This document shows, piece after piece, positions 14,601 to 27,939 of a DNA stretch of 64,000 bases. Every line of letters begins with the position of its first letter. The first letter of the stretch is position 1. The stretch spans positions 124,001 through 188,000 of the forward strand of contig MCFE01000066.1 of NCBI GenBank assembly GCA_002104905.1, read 5' to 3'. A program made the translations under genes and the position numbers. The notes beneath the pieces were generated by a model. That model saw only the letters and a program-made list of their open reading frames with translations. It did not search any database and had not been told where the DNA came from. The DNA is from Basidiobolus meristosporus CBS 931.73. Its lineage: Eukaryota > Fungi > Basidiobolomycota.

Positions 14601-15134
14601 AACGCACTAGGTTTTGCCACCGCTTTCGTATGTACAATCAGCTGGTATCCCCGACGCCTCTTTCATACAACGACTATCAGGAAACTCTGCGCCAAATTGA
14701 GTCCATTTCGGTATGTTCTAGATGGTTTTGTGGGAGATATTTGCGACCATATTTTAACTTGGGCTTTAGATCCATGATCTGTTGATTACCGCCCTTAGGA
14801 GCTTCCAAACTGCAAAATCAGTGATGGAAGGCTTGCTCAAGTTTAGCGAGACGGAAGTATTTTCGGAATTATCTTATGCGGAGTTTACGGCAGTAAGTTC
14901 GTCCGTTGGGCACTTTGGAGCGCAACACCATGCTAACTTCAATCGTAGAATGCCAAGGCAGTTATTCGCGTGTGTATTGGCAATAGCCTCACTTTACAAA
15001 CAGCCATCAAGGATCCTGAGGTGGCCTCCCTAAGTAAAAAGACCCCGAATCAGATTAGCCAACATATACCAACTAAATCCATCAGCTATGACTTCAAGTA
15101 CCATCGCTCTTTCCCCGTGATCACCATTAGATGA
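11644..15134 (+). CDS. MAK10: NatC auxiliary subunit Mak10/NAA35 (many short introns)
   Basis: Exons give WKDITDFLDEA, FGLYDSMAAIE-IMDPKMDTGM, WHSGHSLSQTIFTCLY and C-terminal YDFKYHRSFPVITIR*. Exon boundaries not fully resolved. Confidence 0.85.
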
Positions 15135-15768
15135 TCCACCCCTCTTGTAACCCGCCTGTCACCACCCGCCACCCATCTACCATTTCAATTTTGTATGAGC
15201 TCTGATTGACTAGACTTATAGTGCCATATAAACATCGGCTTTCTTACACGAGGACGGCTAGTTGGGCCACGCCTGGTAATCGTTTAAGAATGAAAATACC
15301 CTCTTCATCCCGAACCTATATTTGGATGTTTTCATCCCTTCTTATTTCCATGTATGTTAGCCGGATGATTAGCAACTTCCTAGGTAAAAATACTGGCGGA
15401 TAGCCATCACCAATCAACAAGCGGATTGGATGTAAAGAATGCCATTGATACGAGAAATTCAATCTGGGTTCCGTATAACACAGGTACCTCTCCACCGCAA
15501 GTTAGGTTATTTTGTCCGACGGGATCTCGGGAATCCGCTAATTTGTCAGATCGATCAAACTTTAACTGACAAAGGTCACGTGCATATAGGTCACCAAATA
15601 CATTTATCGTCCCCATCTCTGTCTCACGATTACTTTCCCACAAAAAAAAATAGAAACATCGAATCTCTTTTCGTAGTCTCTTCGTCTACACCCAAGGAAC
15701 TCGGCACTAGCTAGTCAATTGTGGACTAAATCCTATTTGTCGTTTAAAAGTGCTTTCACAACAGTGCG

Positions 15769-17497
15769 ATGACAAACCAAACAGCAGATCTTACCCCCAA
15801 ACGTTTGTTCCCAAACTTGAATGGTAACTTGAAGTTACCTTTACTTACCCAGTTTCCTGATACTCCCATTCCAACTGTCACCACACCTGCCCATACTCCT
15901 TCTCCTCCCGCTACACCAAATGTAATCTCCTCCACCCGGACACACACTGCCAAGAATGTACCCGCGTTTTTGAACAAGCTATACAAGTAGGCGCCTATTT
16001 TGCAGTATTTCGCTACTTATGATACTCATCGTTGATTATCTAGGATGGTGGATGATTCATCTACCAACGAGCTGATCCGTTGGTCGGACGATGGTGCCTC
16101 TTTTATCGGTAGGTGGCTTTCAATGCTCAGGAAGGCCCTTCATTACCTCGAATAGTTTTCGGTTAACGCTGGATTCTCTTTAAAAATAGTTACTAAGCAT
16201 GAAGAGTTTGCGAAAGAAGTTCTACCCAGATTCTTTAAACACAACAATTTCTCGAGTTTCGTTCGGCAGCTAAATATGTATGGGTTCCACAAAATCCCAC
16301 ATTTGCAGCAAGGCGTCTTGCAGGCCGACGAGGGTGCTGAACACTGGGAGTTTAGTAATCCTCACTTCTTGAAAAATCAACCCGACTTGCTTTGTTTGGT
16401 TTCCAGAAAGCGCGGCCGTGAAGCCGACGATAAGGAAGGTGGAGCACTGGATATGAACAACGTTATGAACGAAATTACTGCCATACGAAAGCATCAGTTT
16501 ACCATCAGTACCGATTTAAAAAACTTACAGAGAGAGAACCAACAGCTATGGCAAGAAACTTTGGCATCACGTGAGCGGTACAACCGTCAACAGGAGACCA
16601 TAGATAAGATCCTACGCTTCCTTGCCTCTGTGTTTTCATCAGACAAGAAAAGCAAAGAAATTATTCCCAGAAAGCGCCGATTACTACTGGGGAATACGGA
16701 TACTTCGAAAGCGGATGATCCTCACGACAATGAAGAGTATCAGGATTTGAACCTTGACTTCGACCCATCAACAATAGACTTACCCTCGGCTTTGAGCAGC
16801 CCAAGTTTTGGTAATTATATCATACTGTAACCCTTGCTCAACCATTCCACTAAGACTCTTTTTAGATCCATCATTGTTCACTCCACACACATCACAATAT
16901 GGCACCAGCCCTATTTGTACCGAACTTTTCAACAACATAACACCCATCCCAACAACTGCCACCACCACTCCCACCACACCCAAGCCAACCGATGTCTTGG
17001 CATCAAAACCTTCGACAACTCCAGCTGTTAGCACACCTTCGTCCACATCGCAAACTGTCGCAACACAATTGCCCAACGTGTTGTCATCTACAAGCAAGTC
17101 GGTACCTTTCATTCCGAGCCCAACTGTTAGTGCACAACCATCTGGGCCACTGAGCTCCCATCTGGTAAGCAACGATACGAACTCGAATCCGCTTTCTCAA
17201 AAGATACCAGAAGGGCAGCTCAGCACAACCACCAAATCACTTGAGGCTATTACCTCGGAAATGGACGAGCTCAACCAAAATATCGAATCGCTTGCATCCT
17301 CGTTGGGTATCGACCCGTTGCTTGCTGGAGATCCACTTCTTGATATAGGGGATGTTGACATGGATGAGTTCTTAAACAATTATCCAGACATGCTTGACCA
17401 TAGCCAAGTGAATCACGAGCAGCTCTTATCCATGATGAATCCTACCGCCGATGCAGAGATCCTCAGCAATGTCAAAGGCTCAAACTCCAAATTCTAG
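15769..17497 (+). CDS. HSF1: Heat shock transcription factor
   Basis: HSF DNA-binding domain NVPAFLNKLY, LIRWSDDG, FAKEVLPRFFKHNNFSSFVRQLNMYGFHK; heptad LKNLQRENQQLWQE...QQETIDKILRFLASVF; HR-C-like segment near the C-terminus. Confidence 0.92.
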
Positions 17498-18258
17498 GAG
17501 ATCGACTGCCTCTAGACAGGTTGATTTCCTTGTATTTTTTGTTCAGTGTTTCTAATTTCTTTATTTGTTCCCCCACATAACTGTACAGAAGCTAGGTTCA
17601 TAAATAGTCTCAACACCCTGCCATCCTTCGACCTCAACCTCTTTTTTTATACATGTGTTTTCGTTGACCATCAAGTTTCTCCCCTATGAATATCTTCGGT
17701 GATAGTTCATGATCACTTGCTACTCCATCTCCCATCTCCGTCCGCATATGCCATCTATAAGCTAGCCAGTAGATAATGTTGTTTGACTATCGTTATGTGA
17801 AGATGCTTTAGATAAGCAGAGGGAACCAGGAAGTTCAAGAGACCTGTAAAAATCCAAAATCCTGAGGAAGGATGAATAAACTCAATGCTCCTTCCATACA
17901 ATCATGTACGCACCCCACATATCCTCCGTTTCCCTACTCCGCAAGAAGAACTAATAATAATGAGCTTGCTCACCCGGAGTGCTGCGGTCAGCCGAGTAGA
18001 ATCAGGTCACCTGCAATGATTGGTAGAGCGATGGATGAAAAAGGAAAGAAAACAGAAATGGTCTCGTGGATCGAGATAGAGATTGGACGAGAGGGCATAA
18101 GAAATTTTTTCACCTAGTTGCGATTTCAGCGGTCACATCTGATCTCGGAAAAAATTCGGTTCGTCAAAAGGAATTTGGTTTGGTAACTGAGGTACTTCGC
18201 CTCTAACAACCCTAGATACTCCCTCCTACTATTCTAGCGTGGCTTGTTGGTAAGCGAG

Positions 18259-21200
18259 ATGTCCAGACTCCTTTCTTCCCATATGACGCTGTTGTCGTCA
18301 TATGCTCGTCAATATCCATTGACGAGGATTCCCCTTTCCAGTCGAGCGATATTTCATTCTAATCTCAAACCATTGACAACGGTGCGCTTCAATCATGCGG
18401 CTGTACAACGTGACACATTCTATGAGTTGCTCAGCTCTATTTCAACGAAAGTGGCCACGAAGAAGCATAGTTTTGCGGAAGCTTCGAAGACAGCCGCGAA
18501 ATCGAAGAGAGGCCAGCCCTTGCGCTCGGACCGTGCCATTTTCAGCAAGCAGCCACAGCAACGGCAACAGCAGCACCCCTTCGCACACTCCGAAGCCCTC
18601 AAGAACAGCAAGTACGTGGAAGTCTTTCGGCACTTCGAGAAAGAGTTCCAAAATAGATATGGCATGCTGCCTCAAGTGAAGCTTCGCCTAAATGGAAACG
18701 CTTACCATGGGGTTTTGGATCCGAGAGGTAAACACGCTCCCAGGAAGACAGTTCAAGGAAACGCCTCCACAATGGATGAGACTATCTTCGTTGTGTACAA
18801 CAAGTTTGCTAAGAACTGGGGCCTTAATCTTCAGAAGATGCATGAGGAGCTCGCGTTTGAAAAGCTCGATCCGTTGATTCGTGAACGCCTGATTAGGATT
18901 CAGGAATTCCACAAGATACGTAAAGAAAAGGGAAAAGCGAACTTGGACATTCTTCAGCGCTTTTGCTCTCTTTACCAATTACCAGTTCCCACTCCTACCT
19001 GCAGTATTGTTCGCTCAGTCGTTCGCAGTAAAGGAAAAGGAAAGGCTCGTAAATCAACTAGCGAATCCTGGGAAGGAAAGATACAAGTCACTTTACCTCC
19101 AAAGGCAAACAATGGCAAGGAGGCCATTCTCTACGGTATTGGAAAGGCCGGCAACAAGAGAGTTTCCATGAGCAAAGCTATAGAGGATATTACCGAAAAG
19201 ATCTACCTTACGATACCCCATAACGAGCGGCTCTTTATGTCTAAACAAGAGCTTTCTCTTATCCCAGTGGTGATGAACCTGAGTCGTTCCAAGGTTGCCC
19301 AGTTGGATAGCACTATTCAGTCATTCAAGCAATTCCAGCCATTTGTCAATCAGGCGCCACAATCTCGTCCGAAATTGGACCCTTTCTCCAGAAAAGAGTT
19401 CATCCCTCATCCACATCACATTCACAAAACCACTGTTCGCCCTCCTCCACATGGTGCTATCAAATCCACCCACCTTCCGGTATATTCGCACTATACCGAG
19501 ATTCTGAAGGCGATCAGTGAGAACCAGGTCTCTATCATCTCTGGAGGAACTGGTACAGGAAAAACAACTCAAGTGCCCCAATACATTATCGCAGATTTCC
19601 TCAACAAACCGCGTGGATCCGCTGCAGTCCCCAATGTCATAGTCACCCAGCCCAGACGTATTGCTGCGGTGTCGGTTGCGCAACGTGTGGCGGCCGAGAG
19701 AAACGAAACGATCGGGAAAAATTCTGCCGTGGGATACAATGTTCGTTTCGAAACCATGCCACCAACTGTGCCTGCCTCCGAGGGCAGGGTAACCTTTTGC
19801 ACCACTGGTGTTCTCTTGCGTCGTTTACAGGAGGATCGAAAGCTGGAAGGAATTACCCACATCCTTTTAGATGAGGTGCATGAACGAGATATGAATACCG
19901 ATTTCCTTCTCATGGTCCTTCGAGAGCTGTTGGAGGAACGTCCGGACTTGAAGCTCGTTCTTATGAGCGCTACTGCCGAGATCAATCTATTCCAAAACTA
20001 CTTCCGTCACTACGGTAGCATAGGGAAATTGAGTCTTCCACAGGTGATCGAGATTCCTGGTAGAACGTTCCCCATCAAGGAATATTATCTCAATGATTAC
20101 TATGACAGCCTAAGCCAATACAGCTATCCACTCATGAATTCTCGCGAAACCAAGAACTACATTTCCAACGAGCTGAAAGGGCGCTCATACGATGACTGTG
20201 ATTTACCCTTGGATTTGATCGAGACGTTGATTTCCCATATCTCGCTCACCAAGGGTCCAGGTGCAGTCTTGTGCTTCTTGCCTGGCTGGGAAGAGATGTC
20301 GAAGCTTCAACGGCACATGTTGGAGCGGGATATCATGAGAGTGGGCTACAAGGACAAGTCGAAATTCAAGATCATCTGCCTTCATTCATCAATTCCCATC
20401 GCCATGCAGCAGGAGGCATTCAAAAAGGTTCCACCTGGTGTGCGCAAAATCGTGTTGGCCACGAACATTGCCGAGACCAGTGTGACCATTGATGATATCG
20501 TGTACGTGGTCGATACCGCCAAGGTGAAGGAAAAGGTGTTCGACCCTAGTCGTAGGATCACCAGTCTCTCGCCCATCTTCACCTCACAGGCCAACATTCG
20601 ACAAAGAACCGGCCGTGCTGGTCGTTGTCAGCCAGGACAGTACTTCTCACTGATCACTAGAAGCCACAAGTACGCATTACCTCGGGCTCAAGTACCCGAG
20701 TTACTGCGCTCCGATCTTCGCTCCATTTGCCTGCACATTCGAGCCATGGGCTTCAGCGGGCCATTGGGGGCAATCCTTGCCAAGGCGCCAAATCCACCGA
20801 GACATCAAAGCATTCATATGGCCATTGATAACCTGAAATCCCTTGATGCGCTGAACGACGAACAGAATCTCACTCCTCTTGGTTCGGTGCTGGCTTCACT
20901 ACCCATCGACCCTGGCTTTGGCAAAATGGTTGTGCTCGGATGCATTTTCAAATGTCTGGACCCGATCCTCACCGTAGCCGCTGCTTTGGGGAGCAAGGAT
21001 GTGTTCACTGCGCCACCCGATCTCCGAGACAAACTGAAGCGGGTAAGACGCAAGTGGGCCCAAGGATCCGAATGTGATGCACTAACCACAGTGAATGTGG
21101 TTCGAGAGTGGGAGAAGATCCGGCATGACAAGCACGAGGAGAACGATTTCTGTGAGCGAAACTTTATCCATCGTATTGGGATTCGAACCATTCATAAGAC

Positions 21201-22128
21201 CAAGCTGCAGCTGAAGGATATCTTGCAGAAGGCTGGCTTTATGGCGCACTCAGCAGCCACACCTGACGAGGATCTTCTTCGGGAACGTCTTGTAGGTGGC
21301 TCAGCGATGAACATCAACTCGAACAATCAAGGATTGATCCGCGCACTACTGACTGCTGGTATGTATCCTAATATCGCCGAGTCTATGTTCGGCGAGAAGA
21401 ACAGGATGAAGACCAAATCAGACAAGACCGCATTAATGCATCCGTCATCAGTCAACTACCTACGAAAGGTTGACGAGGAGCCTGAAAACAACGGCGTCGA
21501 AGTCACTTCTTCCACTGACACCGAAGCAGCGGCAGCAGAGCCTTACGAGGGCCAGCAGGTTGAACCGAAGGATATCTTCTCTGATGCACCCCTACCTGCC
21601 GTTAACGAGCCAGATGTGCTCGACAATGAAACCAACGAGCCTATTGTGGAAGAGGAGTTTACTCCTAGCGAGTCAAAGTACTTTGCTTTCCATGAGCGCT
21701 TCATGACCGAGACATTGTTCCTTCGTGGTACCACCAAGATTGACCCACTTTCCCTGATACTGTTTGGTAAGCTCGACGATAGTAACACGATCATCGAAGC
21801 CGACCGCGACCCCGATCACGCTATTCGCTTCAGCAACAATACGCAACCGGAGGAGCTGAAAGAGAAGCCCAGACTCCCACCATCCACCTCGTTTGTCATT
21901 GACGATTGGATCAGACTGGGGGTCAATGAGCCTGAAGAGAAGAGGGTTCTTGAAGAAACCCGCGCGTGGTTGGACAGATATCTCAGCTACGTGTATTCTC
22001 TACCACCCAAGTATCGTCACCAATTCCTCTCGTCGGGTGGGGAGTTGGCCATAGAGTCCGAATCGAAGGAAATGGCGAACCGATTCATTCACGATATCTC
22101 GGATATTCTTGCCACACCGACCGTGTAG
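18259..22128 (+). CDS. DEAH/RHA RNA helicase with dsRBD-like N-terminal region and probable mitochondrial presequence (DHX30/36/57 group)
   Basis: Single open frame; GTGTGKTTQVPQYI, TQPRRIAA, DEVH, MSAT, LATNIAETSVTIDD, QRTGRAGR, HA2/OB-type C-terminal region. N-terminus is Arg/Ser/Leu-rich with few acidic residues. Confidence 0.92.
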   Translation: MSRLLSSHMTLLSSYARQYPLTRIPLSSRAIFHSNLKPLTTVRFNHAAVQRDTFYELLSSISTKVATKKHSFAEASKTAAKSKRGQPLRSDRAIFSKQPQQRQQQHPFAHSEALKNSKYVEVFRHFEKEFQNRYGMLPQVKLRLNGNAYHGVLDPRGKHAPRKTVQGNASTMDETIFVVYNKFAKNWGLNLQKMHEELAFEKLDPLIRERLIRIQEFHKIRKEKGKANLDILQRFCSLYQLPVPTPTCSIVRSVVRSKGKGKARKSTSESWEGKIQVTLPPKANNGKEAILYGIGKAGNKRVSMSKAIEDITEKIYLTIPHNERLFMSKQELSLIPVVMNLSRSKVAQLDSTIQSFKQFQPFVNQAPQSRPKLDPFSRKEFIPHPHHIHKTTVRPPPHGAIKSTHLPVYSHYTEILKAISENQVSIISGGTGTGKTTQVPQYIIADFLNKPRGSAAVPNVIVTQPRRIAAVSVAQRVAAERNETIGKNSAVGYNVRFETMPPTVPASEGRVTFCTTGVLLRRLQEDRKLEGITHILLDEVHERDMNTDFLLMVLRELLEERPDLKLVLMSATAEINLFQNYFRHYGSIGKLSLPQVIEIPGRTFPIKEYYLNDYYDSLSQYSYPLMNSRETKNYISNELKGRSYDDCDLPLDLIETLISHISLTKGPGAVLCFLPGWEEMSKLQRHMLERDIMRVGYKDKSKFKIICLHSSIPIAMQQEAFKKVPPGVRKIVLATNIAETSVTIDDIVYVVDTAKVKEKVFDPSRRITSLSPIFTSQANIRQRTGRAGRCQPGQYFSLITRSHKYALPRAQVPELLRSDLRSICLHIRAMGFSGPLGAILAKAPNPPRHQSIHMAIDNLKSLDALNDEQNLTPLGSVLASLPIDPGFGKMVVLGCIFKCLDPILTVAAALGSKDVFTAPPDLRDKLKRVRRKWAQGSECDALTTVNVVREWEKIRHDKHEENDFCERNFIHRIGIRTIHKTKLQLKDILQKAGFMAHSAATPDEDLLRERLVGGSAMNINSNNQGLIRALLTAGMYPNIAESMFGEKNRMKTKSDKTALMHPSSVNYLRKVDEEPENNGVEVTSSTDTEAAAAEPYEGQQVEPKDIFSDAPLPAVNEPDVLDNETNEPIVEEEFTPSESKYFAFHERFMTETLFLRGTTKIDPLSLILFGKLDDSNTIIEADRDPDHAIRFSNNTQPEELKEKPRLPPSTSFVIDDWIRLGVNEPEEKRVLEETRAWLDRYLSYVYSLPPKYRHQFLSSGGELAIESESKEMANRFIHDISDILATPTV

Positions 22129-22300
22129 TTTTAGATCTCATATTGCAATTTGTACTTTTACCATGCATCCAAACTGTCTACCCGTCTCCACCCACCTACC
22201 CCATCTATGCCTCAGCAGGAATGTCCGACCCCGCTCTCTCCCTCGATGCTGCATATATAGAATAAAGTCGATGGAAAATTTATTATTCACACTGGATGGA

Positions 22301-23649
22301 TCAGACCAACACGGACCAGGGATGCTCGATCTCGCCGTACTGAATGCTCAGCAATGTATCATTGAGACGTCTGGTCAACGGACCGGCCTGCGAGTTGGGG
22401 TCTTTGGGATCCAAGGGAACCTTGATCTGTTTGCCCTGGTAGCCGATATTCCTGATAGGACTCACGACACAGGCGGTACCCGTACCGAACATTTCAATGA
22501 GCCGGCCCTCCTCCTGGGCTTTCACAATCTCGGACATGGTGATCTCCCGCTCGCTCACCTTGAACTCGTTCCACTCCCTGGCCAGACCCAGGATGGAGTC
22601 TCTAGTGACCCCGGGCAGGATCAATCCGTTGAGAGGAGGTGTGACAAGCTCAGTCTCGCCCTGCTCATTCTTGAGGAAGACGAAGCAGTTCATGGTGCCC
22701 ACTTCGGTTAGCTGGTCGTTCTCTCCGTACAGCCACAGGTTCTGGTGGTATCCCTCCTTGACCGCATTGATTTGGGGGAGAATGCCTGGCGCGTAGTTGC
22801 CGCCGATCTTCGAGTCGCCAGTACCGCCAGGCCAAGCGCGCACCCGGTCGGTGGTGGCCTGAAGGGAGACCGCCTTGAATCCGGTCTTGTAGTATGGGCC
22901 CACAGGACAGCAGATGACGAACAGCATGGCCCGATCGCTGGGGCCCACGCCGATGAACTCGGAGGTTCCGATCAGAGTGGGTCGGATATACATGGAATAG
23001 CCGCGTTCTGATGGGATCCACCTGAGGTCGGTGCGAACGAGCTCCTTGATGCATTCGGTCAACTCGTCTGTATCAAAGGAAGGAAGCGTCAGCCTCTCCG
23101 AGGAGCGTCGTAACCGTGCGGTGTTCATGTCAGGCCTGAACAGACGGGCCCGTCCCTGCTTGTCCTTGTACGCCTTCATCCCTTCGAAACACTAGGTCGT
23201 AGATCAGCCACGATTCATGCGGGGTTCACTCGAGCACCCGGTCTTACCTCGAACGAATAATGCAACACGGAGGCGCTGGGATCCAGGGAGATTTTGCCGT
23301 AGGGCTTGATTACAGGTTTGCCCCAGCCGCTCTTGGCTTCCCACTCGACCATCAACATGTTGTCGGTGAAGGTATGTCCGAACACCAACTCCTGATTGGG
23401 AACCAACTCTTTCAGGTTGTCGTTCGGGGTTTTGCGTATTTCGGATGCCTAAGGGATGCGAGCTAAGTATCTGACAAGGCTATGCTAGCGATGGTGTTGT
23501 ATACTCACGCGAAAAGTGTCGGTATCTGTGGTGGTGGTGGAGTTTAGGCGCCTTTGCATAGCAGTGAAGGAGGACACGGGCCGGGCTAGCCCAACCGCGG
23601 TTTTCTTGGTAAGTATATTAGCTTGACTACAGAGGGACTTTAAAAGCAT
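22301..23649 (-). CDS. BAT1: Branched-chain amino acid aminotransferase, probably mitochondrial
   Basis: LVFGHTFTDNML, LHYSFE-(C)FEGMKAY, YIRPTLIG, KIGGNYAP, TEVGTMN, ILPGVTRDS, EMFGTGTACVVSP; presequence-like first exon. Confidence 0.95.
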
Positions 23650-24244
23650 GGTAGATAGGTGAAGTGGTGGGAGGGGTGACCAGGCGTGCAAAGAGTGCAA
23701 TTTAAGCGCCTCCGTTCGATCCTTTTATAGCGAGCTTGGGGTGGTAGGAATGGTAGGGTAGAATTTCTCATGCAAGGCGGGCTGATAAAAACCTTATCGC
23801 CCGCGGTCCGCCTGACCGCCAGACATTCATATGTGGAAAATCCGCATCTACATGATCAGTTCGCAGGTACCATTCGCACGCCGTGTATTCTTCAGGTACG
23901 ATAAGCAGGTTGTTAATTACCAAGGGCTCAGTCATCGTGAGTAGTATGACTTACTTGGTGACGAAGTATGGTTCATCGTGACCAATGGGTAGTGATCGTC
24001 TTTGCCAGCATCCATCCTAGCATTGTTTCGAATCTCGATTGAAATCCAGCACCATCACTTGCTTAAACTAACCCCGAATTTAACCAAGGCCAGATCAGCC
24101 TGCTCAACCAACAATACCTATCGGAGGGATTTTGATTCCCATACATTACAGAGATTGTTCACATTGTGAGGTGGTCAACTTTGTCAACTGAGATATTTAT
24201 TGCTCTGAACAGTCTCGCACTATTATACTTCTACATTTGCACTC

Positions 24245-27200
24245 ATGTCGATGAGTACGAAGACGCAAGTAAGTTACCTTCTGCCTGTCCTTTCGTAGAG
24301 TCTAGCCCTTAGCTGTTCGACTCGTGCCACATCAACTTTCCCAAGTATTAATCGGAGCGCTTTCTAGCCTTCCTTTAACGCGGAATATACCTTACCGGGG
24401 GTCCTTCATTTTCTTCAAGTCGAATGGCGAAGATTCGAGAAAGACAGGAACGAATGGGAGATTGAGAAGGCTGCCATGAAGGTATGGATAGGCTTAGATG
24501 ATCCCTTTTGCGCTTGACCGTTCCCTTCGTATCATCTGCGTCAAGCACGTTCCTTTCAAAACCGATCACATGGTTTCTCTGCTTACCCCTCCAAACCTCA
24601 CCTTTATTGACAAGTTATCTCCCTCCAGGCACGTATCGCCTTACTTGAAGGGGAACGACGCGGAATCGAAAACATCAAGGCAGATTTGATGCGAAGAGTG
24701 AAGATGCTGGAGTTTGCCTTACGTAAAGAGAGGTTGATAGTTTCTTGCTTCATGGCACCTCACATTGCGTTACTCACCTACCACCACCACCACCACCACC
24801 CCCTAGAAACAAATATGTGGAGCTCAACTCTACCGGCAAATCTCCTATCGAACGGTTAGCTTATTCGGAAAAGGAAGCCGCGCCCTCTGGCCCTTCCACG
24901 CTTCCAAAAACCAAGAACGAAGCAAGCAACGGCGACACCAAGGGTAACACCACCTCACTCGAGAGAAAATGAACCATTCACAAACGAACTCTATTTTAGC
25001 TTCGCTCACGCAGTCTTTCTCCTCGCCCTCCCTCTACTCGCACTTCAACACAACAGGAAACACTAAATCCAAAGCCAAATCTCGAGACATCCTGAAATCG
25101 TCAGTCCATACCAACGTCTATTCCATTCCAGGCGTCCCTGGTACTAACCAACCTCGATTTAGATGCCTACAAGAGGTTACCTACCTGAGCGATATCTCTT
25201 CCACCCCAAACCCGGTGGTTGAGTCCGTGCCCAAGCAGGATGAAAGACCGCGGCAGACTTCAACCCAGGATTCCCACAAGCCGGCCAGTCCCCAGCCAGC
25301 CCCCGTCGAAAACATCACTATCCTCACGAGGCCACGCTCACAATCCGAGACATCCATTCTGAAGCCTGACCCGGCGTTGTTTAGTGACTCAAGACCAAGA
25401 GCCAGCAAAGAAGCCCCGGAAAAGATCGATCCACCTGCTGAAAAACAAGGACCCAGCCCAGAGAGCATGGCCATCGCAATGAGGTTACTTCAGTCGCTGG
25501 AAGAAGTCAACCCACGGCCTAAGGACGCAGATGCGGATGAGAAGAAAAAGCGCAGAATCACAGTTTTGGCCCCACCGACCTACAATGGAGACCCACTAGA
25601 CACACTTGAGAAGCGGGATGATGACGACGACCATGGGATCCAAACTAGAGAGAAATTCGCTAATAGAAAGTCTATATGCCAGGAGGTTGACCCGGAAGAA
25701 GAGGAAAAACTGGTGTGGATAAGCTCGTGACTGCTTACGGGAGCCCCAACTAAACTGCTTACTATTGTAGATCCAGGAAATCCAGAGCCAATACAACATC
25801 TCATCGGAGAAGCTCACGAACATGATGCAGAAATACGACAGCAAATCCAAAGCGGAAGGGGCAGGTCCGAGCAAGCACTAGTTTGGCGTCGCCACCCATT
25901 TGACTGACCCTCCAATATAGATACTTTGAACGAGCTGAGCTCCCTGACATGGTCACTAGACGACAACGAAGCGTCGACGAATGAGGTTGGTTGATGATTA
26001 GTAGCTGTTTCTGTTGCACAATCTCATCCGGCGACAATGTAGGGCGCTGCCGAGGCCAAAAAATCGGATGAACGCCTCTGGAAGCCCAAGATGGCCCTAA
26101 GAAGGTAGGGATGCGTTGGATGATACAGCTTTGTGCCCTACTAACGCGTGGCTAGTCATCTGGATACGATCCGATCGATCGATTTCCATACGAGAGACCC
26201 GGTCCTTGCCTCCGGATCCGAGGATGGTATAGTGAAGATGTGGCGGTTCCGTAAGAACACCGGCAAAAAGTGAGTCTCCTCGGTTGTCATCATGGACTGG
26301 CTGATTCTAAGTGTTTCGGAATAGAACCCAGGAGTGCGAGCCGTACATCAATTTCCGTGGCCACGTCTCGGCTGTCACTGCGGTGGTGATCGACTCGAAG
26401 GCCGATAGATGCTACTCCTCAAGCCTGGATTCCACTATTCGGATCTGGAGTCTTCCCTCGCCCTCGAGAGATTTGTATAGCTACAACGGTATCTAGAGAC
26501 GACCTTGTTCCAGATGCGTTTTGCCTCTTTCCTGACCAATTGCCTCTGTAGAATCGGCGTTGTGCTACCACGTCTTGGTCGGGCATTCTGACTCCGTGTG
26601 GGATGTGAAGCTTCTTCCTGGGCAGAACTCGCACAAGATAGCCTCTGCCTCGGCGGATGGAACGGTCAAGATATGGGACGTCGAGCACAGGCTGACCATC
26701 CTGCAAAGTTCCATCGGCTACGATGGCGTCAACGTTGGCGGGGATTCCATCCTCATGGGTAAGCTTGGATAGTCTACTCGTGGCGCAGCTTCAGCGGCCT
26801 AACGCTCCTTCTTTAGACGAATATTCCACAAACCCCACATCCATTGAGTTTAGCCATTCGGAGCCCAACAAATTGATGGTTGCCTACCAGAACTCCATAA
26901 TCAGGCTGTTCGACATCGAGACTGGTCAACCGGTCCTGAACTTCAATAGCGACGCCACATACGGTACCTCTTCTTTTCCTCCTCACACCTTGGCATAGGG
27001 GCATTCTAACATTCCGCGAACCAGACTCCACCAGCGCCACCCAGATCAACAAGATCGTTGCTCACCCCACCCTTCCCCTGGTGATTTCTGCCCACGAAGA
27101 CCGCTACATCCGCTTCTTTGATATTAATACAGGTACGGCCCCTCCCCACCCCGTCCTCTAACCTCACTGCGCACTAACTGAAAGCCACCAGGACAATGCA

Positions 27201-27516
27201 TACACTCTATGATTGCCCATTTAGATTCGGTTTCTGCTCTGGATATCAACCACACTGGACTGCAGCTAGTGTCTGGGGGTAAGTCACACATCTCCCTCCT
27301 TTTGCCTGTCTGTTCTGAACGTCTTTTCTCTTCGCAGGCCACGACTCATCTATACGCATCTGGGACACCACCATGTACAAATGCCTCCAAGAATTCAGCT
27401 CGCATCGTCGCAAGTCCGATGAGGGGGTATGTAGCGTACGTTACCACCAGTCGCTGCCCTGGCTTGCAAGTGGTGGGGCCGATTCGGTCGTAAAAATCTA
27501 CGGGCCACCTAGTTAG
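24245..27516 (+). CDS. STRN: Striatin-family WD40 protein (STRIPAK scaffold, Far8/PRO11-like)
   Basis: [44 protein letters not shown]...[10 protein letters not shown] coiled coil, low-complexity middle, C-terminal WD repeats ending GADSVVKIY. Start exon is tentative. Confidence 0.9.
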
Positions 27517-27939
27517 TCCCGATCCTCTCCCCTTCCCCTTCCCCTCTCTTGCATATGCTGAATCGGAAAACCGCCTTCGCCCACTTATCACATCCTTATC
27601 CCAACGGCTAATAATTGGAATTATTGTTAATAAACTGCCTTCCACACTACGCCTTACCACCGCCTCCCTTGTGACTTCGGAATGCCTTCACAGTCACCAG
27701 GGCCGAAGAAACGTCGGCACTCTGAGCCGTCGGGACGGGTTGCCTAATATGGACCGATCCACCGAAATCCACCATGAATGCTGGCCGGTGATGGACGGAC
27801 TGGAGATGGAAAAAGAATTTTTCGAGGGGGAACTTTTTTTTTTGAACGGCCTTTTTTTTTCTTTCTTAGGTTTACCTGGGCGAATTGACAAGCAGCCTAT
27901 TCTGTTAGGGGGGTCTGACTTGCTCTTTGCTAAACTAGA

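Noticed and set aside
18259-22128. Intronless helicase as a retrogene or horizontal transfer
   Set aside because: UTP20 in the same window has a 5.9-kb exon, so long exons are native here; no poly(A) or TSD remnants seen.
24781-24800. (CCA)n run read as polyproline in the ORF track
   Set aside because: Lies within a predicted striatin intron (GT at ~24733 to AG at ~24806); a simple microsatellite.
27905-27913. TTAGGGGGG upstream of UTP20 resembling the LINE junction
   Set aside because: Lacks the adjacent hairpin and AATAAA; a short G-run match is expected by chance.
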